Part shown: in pieces, positions 17,041 to 24,189 of the stretch
Layout of the letters: each line of letters begins with the position of its first letter
Position numbering within the stretch: position 1 is the stretch's first letter
Source: a virus
Lineage: Duplodnaviria; Caudoviricetes
Reading direction: 5' to 3' (one strand)
IMG/VR virus record: IMGVR_UViG_3300037585_004435
Coordinates: 1 to 24,189 of that record
DNA length: 24,189 nt
Notes under the pieces: generated by a model
Database searches by the model: none
Seen by the model: the letters and a program-made list of their open reading frames with translations, nothing else
Told to the model about the DNA's origin: nothing
Made by a program: the position numbers and the translations under genes

Positions 17041-17783
17041 TACGCCTCTCCCATTTTATCGACATCAACACCTAAATCCCGCATTTCTTTTGTGATTCTC
17101 TTCTCTGGATGCAGAATTTCATCGTTAGACTCAATCCCTTCGGATTTTTTCCACTCTGAGAATGTCATCACATCGGGGAAAATTTCCTTAAATTTCTCTT
17201 CATCGCTGATAAGTTCCATAATCCCCTTTAAAGACTCTTCACCGCTTGGCACTCTGCCTTTAATCGCCATTTTTATAAATCGGTTACTATGTTTATTATC
17301 ATTTCCCCATTCCCTAACAAAATCCATAGCACTTGTATTCCCATTAGAAATATCAATCCTTAGCAAGTCCATGAAATTAAAAGTGAAAACTCTGAGCGTT
17401 TCTTTACTCATTTGGTTTTTATCTAGCACCTCTTCAGGTATTTCAATTCGTGCTATCGGTTGGACTCTGCAAACGGAATGCTCTTCATCCGCTCCTATCT
17501 CTTCCGTTACTGATAGGAGAAATACAGAATCTTTACGAGAATCACTCCAAACAATTTGAGTTTCTAATCCAATCGGCGATGTGCAAATTAAAGTTTCATC
17601 TTTTGTTTCATTATACCCATCAAAGACATTACCCATTGCTGAATCCTTAAACGATGCCCAAGACATTACTTTATTATTTGGTTTTTTCCAAAAGCTAGCA
17701 CTTTTTATTTCCTTAGCTTTAAAACTATGAATATCTTTTATTTCAGATAATTTTGAAATTGATGCTGATTTATTTTTTGCCAT
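17040..17783 (-). CDS. Hypothetical protein (likely start ATG 17783, MAKNKS...)
   Basis: Long ORF within the minus-strand operon; AAGGAAAG upstream of 17783 and start just after previous stop. Confidence 0.7.
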   Translation of the reverse strand: MAKNKSASISKLSEIKDIHSFKAKEIKSASFWKKPNNKVMSWASFKDSAMGNVFDGYNETKDETLICTSPIGLETQIVWSDSRKDSVFLLSVTEEIGADEEHSVCRVQPIARIEIPEEVLDKNQMSKETLRVFTFNFMDLLRIDISNGNTSAMDFVREWGNDNKHSNRFIKMAIKGRVPSGEESLKGIMELISDEEKFKEIFPDVMTFSEWKKSEGIESNDEILHPEKRITKEMRDLGVDVDKMGEA

Positions 17784-17784
17784 G

Positions 17785-18270
17785 TTATTTACTTTCCTTA
17801 TTTGATTTAAAAAATTCATCAAACGACATAAAATAGCTGATGCCGTCCGATGTTCCTGTTTGTTCTTTTCGATGTGCTAAGACATTATCTTGAAACGTCT
17901 TATCCAAGTCCCAAAGTTTACTTATTTCGTCCTTAGAAAACTCTTCTAAGCCTTTATCTGTATATCTCAACAAATACTTATTGTTCTCTGTCTTAATAAC
18001 AATATCATAACCTTTATTAGCCTTAGATATTTCAAGAGAATCTAACTCATTTATAATTTCTAAAAATACAGGCATATAAACATCTTTAACAATCTTATGA
18101 AATCCGCCTAGATTTTTATTAAATTGAGCAATCTCCATCCAATCATGATTCAATGAGCATTCACCGCAAACGGCGTATGAACCAACTAGCACGCCACCCA
18201 TTGTAAAACGCCCATCACCATTACAGAAATCGCAGATAACCTCACTACCAATATTTGAAATCATTTCCAT
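17785..18270 (-). CDS. Hypothetical protein with N-terminal CxxC...CxxC
   Basis: CDFC and CGEC; TAATG coupling; AAGGAG RBS. Confidence 0.7.
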   Translation of the reverse strand: MEMISNIGSEVICDFCNGDGRFTMGGVLVGSYAVCGECSLNHDWMEIAQFNKNLGGFHKIVKDVYMPVFLEIINELDSLEISKANKGYDIVIKTENNKYLLRYTDKGLEEFSKDEISKLWDLDKTFQDNVLAHRKEQTGTSDGISYFMSFDEFFKSNKESK

Positions 18271-18473
18271 TATTCAAACTCCTTTTGCATGGTGTGAAAA
18301 TACATTGCAATTATGCCAACGATGCTAGCAACAAATCCAATCGTCCAAAAAATATGAGTCGATTGAATTATCAGCAAATTATAGCCAACCATGCAGAGCG
18401 TGAACATCACGAACGATGCTAGCCAAATTAGCACATAAAGTGCTTTTGATAAAAAATTAAATATTACTTTCAT
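18270..18473 (-). CDS. Small two-TM membrane protein
   Basis: Two hydrophobic segments; TAATG coupling. Confidence 0.65.
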   Translation of the reverse strand: MKVIFNFLSKALYVLIWLASFVMFTLCMVGYNLLIIQSTHIFWTIGFVASIVGIIAMYFHTMQKEFE

Positions 18474-18676
18474 TATTCATCTTCCTGTATTTCTGATAAA
18501 GTACAAAGCACATTTACACCTAACGACTCAAAGGCATTATCTACCTCATCTTGCATTGCGATTAGGTCGTATATATACTTACCATCAATCCTACTATTAA
18601 ACCCACAAATAGGGATTGCTATGAATTTATGATTTTTATAGTAATCATCTATTTTATTTACTGCATTTACTTTCAT
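18473..18676 (-). CDS. Hypothetical protein
   Basis: AAGGAAAG RBS; 67 aa. Confidence 0.65.
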   Translation of the reverse strand: MKVNAVNKIDDYYKNHKFIAIPICGFNSRIDGKYIYDLIAMQDEVDNAFESLGVNVLCTLSEIQEDE

Positions 18677-18706
18677 TTACTTTCCTTTTTTTTATTTAAA
18701 AACGAG

Positions 18707-18769
18707 TGGTCGGGAGCGGACTCGAACCGCTCTCTAGGTTACGACAGAAACCTAGCACCATGCCAACCA
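18707..18769 (-). ncRNA. tRNA-like element lacking a D stem
   Basis: Minus strand TGGTTGG-CATGGTG-CTAGGTT-TCTGTCGT-AACCTAG-A-GAGCGG-TTCGAGT-CCGCTC-CCGACCA: acceptor-like stem, hairpin, canonical T loop. Confidence 0.6.
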
Positions 18770-18780
18770 AGTAGCTAGGC

Positions 18781-19896
18781 TTAAATGCCTAGCTTTTTCT
18801 TGAGATTTGAAATCATGGTTTTTTGGTCACCATCGACCCAACGCTTACTCACTACACAATCTAAGCCAAAAACCTCTAAATCCATCTCAGTCCATTCACC
18901 TCTAGCATAACCATTGAAACCGCCTAACGCCATTCCCTGTGAACGAAATGTGCAACCTCTGAAAACACCTTCCAAGCCTACATTTGAAATTCGTTCTAGG
19001 TCGATAGCTTGCTGAGAACCTTTTAAGCATGTTTTAAAACCGATTGTCACATCGTCATCATGCTTGGCTAAAATTGCTCGCTCAGGTCTCTCAAATTTAC
19101 TTTCTGTTCGCTGATTGAAAACAAAGCTAGTTTGAGAACCTCTAGTCCTGCCAACCTTGTATATTTCAAGAGAATATCCTTTTTTCTGTATCTCCCTAGC
19201 AAGTGCAATGCCGATGCCTGTTATTTTTGCAAAGGTGCTAGTTTTGTTATCCCAACTTACACCAACATCAATCCCTAGGCGGATAACTTGTGCTTTGCCT
19301 GTTTTCTTACGACTAGACCAATAATTTTCATCACCGCTCATAACTCTGTCGATATCCAACTCAGCACCATTATCGGAATAAACTCGCTTACGCTTAATGC
19401 TCTGCAATTCGCTCTCAGTGTTGGCAAAGCTTTGGCTAAAATTATTCTCATATTCCTCAACTTGTTTTAGAGTCCGCTTATCTGCTAAACCTTGCTCAAT
19501 AGCTTTTTGAGTTTTTTTCCATGAGCCAAACTCGTCAGTTTTACCGAATGCCCACCGCAAATCATCATTATCAAAAATATCAGGATATTTCTCATCTCGG
19601 CAAGCATACTCTAAGTTTTTATTCATGGTTTCATAATAATAATACTCATTTTTCTCATACTCTGATGACATTGGATTTGCTAGCACAAATTTTTCTCTGT
19701 CTTGCCTATTTTTATCCATACATGTCCTGTACTCATCGTATAACTTAGCATCATGTAACTCAGAAATTTCATCATCCCAAGAAGAGATAGCATAAGCATG
19801 AACATCGAAACGCTCGTCAGCTTGAGCCGTAACCGCACTTACATTAGCCTTCATGGTGCTAAGTGGTGCTGATAAATATTTAGTTTTAATATCCAT
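18781..19896 (-). CDS. vWA-like partner of MoxR-type AAA ATPase
   Basis: G-x-E-LDIDR motif followed by IRLGIDVGVS (degenerate MIDAS strand); immediately downstream of the AAA gene. Confidence 0.6.
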   Translation of the reverse strand: MDIKTKYLSAPLSTMKANVSAVTAQADERFDVHAYAISSWDDEISELHDAKLYDEYRTCMDKNRQDREKFVLANPMSSEYEKNEYYYYETMNKNLEYACRDEKYPDIFDNDDLRWAFGKTDEFGSWKKTQKAIEQGLADKRTLKQVEEYENNFSQSFANTESELQSIKRKRVYSDNGAELDIDRVMSGDENYWSSRKKTGKAQVIRLGIDVGVSWDNKTSTFAKITGIGIALAREIQKKGYSLEIYKVGRTRGSQTSFVFNQRTESKFERPERAILAKHDDDVTIGFKTCLKGSQQAIDLERISNVGLEGVFRGCTFRSQGMALGGFNGYARGEWTEMDLEVFGLDCVVSKRWVDGDQKTMISNLKKKLGI

Positions 19897-19899
19897 TAT

Positions 19900-21402
19900 T
19901 TACGCTCCAATCTTAACTAGTTCAGAAGAAAACTCGCCAAGCAAATCAGAAATTTCTAATCGGTTTACATCCTGTTTTGACCATCCGATGCAGATTTGAT
20001 TTAAAATGTCTTTTAGCATTCTATCACCGCCACCAAGAGCAACATATTTTATACAAGCATCTCTAAAGAGCCTAGTAGAAATAACTTTATCCATTTTATG
20101 AGCCTGTACTCGTTTTCTAACGGCAGTTAATATCTTAAATATAGCATCACCGCCATGCTCTGCCAATTCAACCTTAGAATCATTATAATTGTAGCTACTC
20201 ATACAGAATGATTTTTCTAATTTTGTATCATATCCGACCTCATGCCTAGAGCAAACAAATCTGTCTAAAGTCGCTGAGTCCATTTTATTTCTACCTACAT
20301 ATTTAAAAGAGCCGTTATCTGTTCCGTAAGTGTTCATAGCACCAAGAAAGTAGAAATTTTCATGTTGCTTGGCAGTCGGATTGTCTTTGCGGTTTGGCAC
20401 TGATGCAAAGCCGTTGGCAAGTGCTGAGTTTAAACTTACTAGCACATTAGCATCACAAGCATCCATCTCATCCATCAGAAATAATCCGCCGTTTTCATAG
20501 CAATCAACAAAATCAGCTTGAACATAAGAGCCATCGAATAACATTCTACCCGAGACATGAGCCTCAGCCATACCTTCAGAACATGAAATATGTTTAAATT
20601 GAACGCCTAGAGCCTTGGCTAATTGACCACCCATAAACGTTTTTCCTGTACCCGCTTCGCCAATCATTAATGCTTTATTGAATAATGTTAAATCAGTTAA
20701 TACATGCTTGAATTTTGGATGAGTATGCTCTTTAATTTTAGTAATCTCAGCACCATTTATGGTGATGTTCATCTCTACTGCACCGCTTGCACCGCTAGCA
20801 TTTTTAACGGCGGTTTTCAGTTTGCCAATTTCTTTATTCAATGTATTGAATGTACCAACGCTAGCACTATTCAAAGTATTGACGGCATCAGCAACACTAT
20901 TAATACCTAGAGCGTTATGAACCTCTTCAATATGCATTAATCCGCTATTCGTTACAAATTGAGTTTCGCTATCCTCGGGTAGTTCTACCATCGGCGGAAC
21001 ATCAGCAGAACCATCGTCACCATCATTATTATCAGAATTACCATCAGCATCAGAGTCAGAGTCACCATCACCATCAGAGCCATTATCACCATCAGCACTT
21101 TCACCGCCACCGCCGTCACCATCATTACCATTACCATCAGCACCGCCGTCCTCTTCACCATCAATGCCTTTTACCTTAGCACCGCCCTCACCTTCAGAAC
21201 CTAGCTCTTCGGTTTTTACTCTGCCATCGTCACCATCAACATTTTGATTGATTAAAATCCATTCTATCAAATCAGCTTTGCCTGTTGTTTGAACCCAACT
21301 AGATTTATTGCCCCGTACTCTGCAAATTTCCATTGCTAATTCTCTTAATGAGTTCGTTCCCCGAACCGATTTATTATTTAAAGTTTGTCTGTCGTATTTC
21401 AT
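19900..21402 (-). CDS. MoxR/CobS-like AAA+ ATPase with Gly/Asp-rich N-terminal linker
   Basis: Walker A GEAGTGKT, Walker B FLMDEMD, LNSAL, sensor GAMNT, YVGRN-x-MD-x-ATLDRF. Confidence 0.9.
   Translation of the reverse strand: MKYDRQTLNNKSVRGTNSLRELAMEICRVRGNKSSWVQTTGKADLIEWILINQNVDGDDGRVKTEELGSEGEGGAKVKGIDGEEDGGADGNGNDGDGGGGESADGDNGSDGDGDSDSDADGNSDNNDGDDGSADVPPMVELPEDSETQFVTNSGLMHIEEVHNALGINSVADAVNTLNSASVGTFNTLNKEIGKLKTAVKNASGASGAVEMNITINGAEITKIKEHTHPKFKHVLTDLTLFNKALMIGEAGTGKTFMGGQLAKALGVQFKHISCSEGMAEAHVSGRMLFDGSYVQADFVDCYENGGLFLMDEMDACDANVLVSLNSALANGFASVPNRKDNPTAKQHENFYFLGAMNTYGTDNGSFKYVGRNKMDSATLDRFVCSRHEVGYDTKLEKSFCMSSYNYNDSKVELAEHGGDAIFKILTAVRKRVQAHKMDKVISTRLFRDACIKYVALGGGDRMLKDILNQICIGWSKQDVNRLEISDLLGEFSSELVKIGA
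21000..21240 (-). repeat. Low-complexity Gly/Asp-coding tract
   Basis: Repeated CCATCA/CACCATC units encoding DGDGG, DGDSDS, ADGN. Confidence 0.7.
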
Positions 21403-21465
21403 AACATTTCCTATTTATTAATTAAGTTAAATTCGGTCATCGTGACCGATGCTTAATATAATATG

Positions 21466-21758
21466 TTCTCTATGATATAAACCTAATACTTTTTTTATTC
21501 TCTATGATATTAGTGCTAGCTAGTAAAATATATTAGATAAATATTTAGTGTAATTTTGAGCAGTTCACCGAAGGGAAAATTGAGATTATGATATTTATGA
21601 TAGAACGTGCTAAGAAAAATAAAAGTTTGTTAAACGGCGTGCTAGATAGCTTAAAATGAAAATCGATAAATTGGCTAAAAATGTTAAAAAAAAATTAAAT
21701 AATTACTCTATGATAATAAATTATTGTTATTATTTATTAAAATTATATTCTCTATGAT
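21466..21758. repeat. AT-rich divergent intergenic region with (TT)CTCTATGAT direct repeats
   Basis: TTCTCTATGATAT at 21466 and 21498, ACTCTATGATA at 21705, TTCTCTATGAT at 21748; partial TATGATA copies near 21586 and 21596. Confidence 0.7.
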
Positions 21759-21860
21759 GTTAATATTTTAAACTTGGCTAGCACTGACGGCATAGCTAGG
21801 AAAGTATAAATAATATTTTTTAAATTTCAAGTGCTAATAATAACTAAATACAGGCATTTT

Positions 21861-22436
21861 ATGAGTCAAAATTTATATTCATTGATTACGGATATTAACC
21901 AAGAAAGTATTGCTAAGCTACCTAGTGACGCTCAAATGTTCCTAAATGATTACTCTGCAAGCATTGCTAAGGGTGTTACCGCAATTAGCACCGCTTGCAA
22001 TGATTACGGCTATAACTTACTTAGGATACAACAACTTAGGGCGAAACACAAGGAATTTTCAGCAGTGCTGACAAAGCTGAGAAAGTATGCGGACTCAGTC
22101 GAGCTAGCTAAGCTAGAGCAAGTTAGCACCGCCAACGCTGAGAACCCTAAGAGCGTTACAGAGCGTATATTTAGATTAAAATCCTTGGATGCTAGCCGAT
22201 ACAGCGACAAAAAACAGGTGAACCACAGCGGAGAAATAAACATTTCATTTGGTTTGGGCGTTGTGGGCTACGCTAGCAATGATACACCGCCACCAAGTAA
22301 AGAAATAAAATCAACTATCAAAGCTAGCACCGCCAAGCCAAGCAAGCAAAGCAAGCAGAGCAGACATAGGAGCAAGAAATTCAGTAACTCCATAGCTAGC
22401 ACCATCAACAATATTAATGCTCGAGCCGATAAATAG
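21861..22436 (+). CDS. terS: Terminase small subunit (start ATG 21861 or GTG 21831)
   Basis: Directly upstream of terL; helical N-terminus and IFRLK-x-x-D-x-x-RY...V-x-HSG segment typical of small terminases. Confidence 0.7.
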   Translation: MSQNLYSLITDINQESIAKLPSDAQMFLNDYSASIAKGVTAISTACNDYGYNLLRIQQLRAKHKEFSAVLTKLRKYADSVELAKLEQVSTANAENPKSVTERIFRLKSLDASRYSDKKQVNHSGEINISFGLGVVGYASNDTPPPSKEIKSTIKASTAKPSKQSKQSRHRSKKFSNSIASTINNINARADK

Positions 22437-22510
22437 GGCGGGGGTATGCGACCCGACCCGCCCACACTACGTTATATAGCGATGTACTATAGAAATCAAG
22501 GAGAACCTCT

Positions 22511-23923
22511 ATGATAGAGCAAGGAAGTGATATATATATCGGCTTCAGAAACGCCGACAGCGACCCATCCCCAGCATTGCCAGCTCAGGAAACTCTGCTT
22601 AAAAGCAGACAGAAACATGTTTTAGCCGCTGGTTCATTGGGTTGGGGTAAAACTGACTGGCTTGTAGTCCAAGTTATTATTGAGGCTATGTCATTTAAGA
22701 ATAATCTTATAGTGCTAGGCAGAAAAACGCTAGCAGCGTTGAAGAAATCAACATTGATTTCCTTGTTTGATATAATTGACCATAGATTAATTCTTAAACA
22801 TGATAAGCAAGACCAATGTATAACTTTTATAAATAACTCTAAGGTCTTTTATATGCAATTAGATGAGAGCCGTGAAGCGGTGCAAAAGGTGAAGTCTATG
22901 AATATCGGTGCTGTCTTTGTTGACCAGATTGAGGAAATTTCGGAGAATACATGGATAGCTTGTATTGGTCAGCTAAGGCGTAAGAATGCATCTAGGCGTT
23001 CATTTGCGACTGCTAACCCTGCGGGGCATGACTGGGTATGGAAAAGGTTTGTGAAAAAAGGTGGGATGAATGAGAATTATTTTCTTGTTGAGGGTAAGAT
23101 ATGGCGAGAAGATGTGCCACCCCCTACTAAGCAATCTGATGTCAAGCCTATTTATTGTGATAATTCAAATTTGACATGGGATTATATTGTGGATAGGTTA
23201 GCACAACCTGAGCGTTGGGTAAAGCGGTTTGTCTTTGGTAGCTGGGATAACTATGAGGGCTTAGTTTGGGATATGTTCGATGAGAAGGTGCATGGGATTA
23301 AGCCGTTTGAGATACCGCATTGGTGGAATAGATATGTAGTGCTAGACCACGGTCATCGGAATCCCACTGCTGTCGGCTTTTTCGCTGTTAGCGGTGATGG
23401 CGATGTGTACTTGTATGACTTGCATTATCAGGCTGGAGAGTGGGTTGACCATCATGCGGGTGCTATCTGGTCAAAAATTGGTGAAGACCAGATTACAAGG
23501 TTCTTGGCTGACCCTAGTATTTTTCATAATAGAGGCGGACTAGCAACGGATACAACGATAGCGGGGCAATATGAGGAGTACGGATTGTTTTGGGACAGTG
23601 CAATGAATGATGTCAATGGTGGGCTTGATAGGGTAGCACGGTATTTAAAGGCTGATGCGATGACAGGAACGCCTAAGTTTTATTATTTTAACACGCCACA
23701 AGTTGAGCCATTTGTAGAGGAGATGCAGAACTATAGGTGGGATGATAAAGAGGGTGTAAAAACGGCGTTAACAGAAAAACCAATAAAAAAACATGACCAT
23801 GCTTGTGATGTATTGAGATATTTCATAAATTATATGGACGAGAGCGTTGAACCATTGCCGATAAATCGTAGTCCGCAGTGGTTAAAAGGTAAACAATCTA
23901 CGAACAGCTGGAAGGTGATTTAA
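22511..23923 (+). CDS. terL: Terminase large subunit
   Basis: Walker A AGSLGWGKT, Walker B AVFVDQIEE, coupling motif ATANP, nuclease LDHG-x-x-NPTA, ADPS, DHACDVLRY. Confidence 0.95.
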   Translation: MIEQGSDIYIGFRNADSDPSPALPAQETLLKSRQKHVLAAGSLGWGKTDWLVVQVIIEAMSFKNNLIVLGRKTLAALKKSTLISLFDIIDHRLILKHDKQDQCITFINNSKVFYMQLDESREAVQKVKSMNIGAVFVDQIEEISENTWIACIGQLRRKNASRRSFATANPAGHDWVWKRFVKKGGMNENYFLVEGKIWREDVPPPTKQSDVKPIYCDNSNLTWDYIVDRLAQPERWVKRFVFGSWDNYEGLVWDMFDEKVHGIKPFEIPHWWNRYVVLDHGHRNPTAVGFFAVSGDGDVYLYDLHYQAGEWVDHHAGAIWSKIGEDQITRFLADPSIFHNRGGLATDTTIAGQYEEYGLFWDSAMNDVNGGLDRVARYLKADAMTGTPKFYYFNTPQVEPFVEEMQNYRWDDKEGVKTALTEKPIKKHDHACDVLRYFINYMDESVEPLPINRSPQWLKGKQSTNSWKVI

Positions 23924-24048
23924 TGAGTGCTAGCACAATATGGAATCCAAAACTGGAGGTTTCAGTATATTCAGGTTCAAAGAAGAAATCTAAGACTAAA
24001 AAAAAGTCTAAGAAAAAGAAATACACCAAAAATGGGATGGGCTGTTAG
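23923..24048 (+). CDS. Small Lys-rich basic protein (41 aa), missing from the ORF track
   Basis: TAATG overlap, AAGGTG RBS; MSASTIWNPKLEVSVYSGSKKKSKTKKKSKKKKYTKNGMGC. Confidence 0.55.
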   Translation: MSASTIWNPKLEVSVYSGSKKKSKTKKKSKKKKYTKNGMGC

Positions 24049-24189
24049 TGTACCAAGAAACGCCTAAAGACAGAAATAAGAGTGAAGATGCTCCACATTT
24101 GGCGGAGCTTACGGATATATATGAATGGATGCTGGCTGGTAATTCTGATGATATAAATAACTTCAAAAAATATATGGGTTATTACACAG
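24048..24189 (+). CDS. Probable portal protein, 5' partial
   Basis: GTG overlapping the previous TAG; open to the window end, finishing ...FKKYMGYYT; position after terL. Confidence 0.5.
   Translation, partial: MYQETPKDRNKSEDAPHLAELTDIYEWMLAGNSDDINNFKKYMGYYT

Noticed and set aside
121-22465. Remaining short antisense or nested ORFs in the track (e.g. 121-363, 5856-6254, 13785-14144, 17092-17559, 19521-19748, 22010-22243)
   Set aside because: Shadows of real genes on the opposite strand or frame, with no independent support
1-24189. Genome-wide stop-codon reassignment
   Set aside because: TAA, TAG and TGA all terminate full-length recognisable genes and coding density is high under the standard code

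Overview
A 24 kb fragment of an AT-rich (roughly 35% GC by eye) tailed dsDNA phage genome, standard genetic code. Left to right on +: end of the structural module (two large multi-LamG tail/receptor-binding proteins), a lysis module (GH108 endolysin, several holin-like membrane proteins) that also carries a truncated class IIb aminoacyl-tRNA-synthetase paralog and an atypical long-variable-arm tRNA with a GTT anticodon, then a replication module (histone-fold protein, SNF2 helicase, SSB-like protein, AEP primase-helicase, small Cys-rich proteins, iteron-like repeats, VRR-NUC). A bidirectional terminator at about 16.27 kb meets a convergent minus-strand, probably early operon (MoxR-type AAA ATPase plus vWA-like partner, a D-arm-less tRNA-like element, small ORFs, an RHH protein). 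An AT-rich repeat-bearing spacer is followed by terS, terL and the start of a probable portal gene. The most notable observations are: (1) the aaRS-core plus type-II tRNA(GTT) pair, (2) strong window-wide enrichment of GTGCTA(G)/(C)TAGCAC, (3) a candidate phage selenoprotein with in-frame TGA and a SECIS-like hairpin, (4) a phage histone-fold gene. All calls come from reading motifs by eye; no searches were run and counts are manual.
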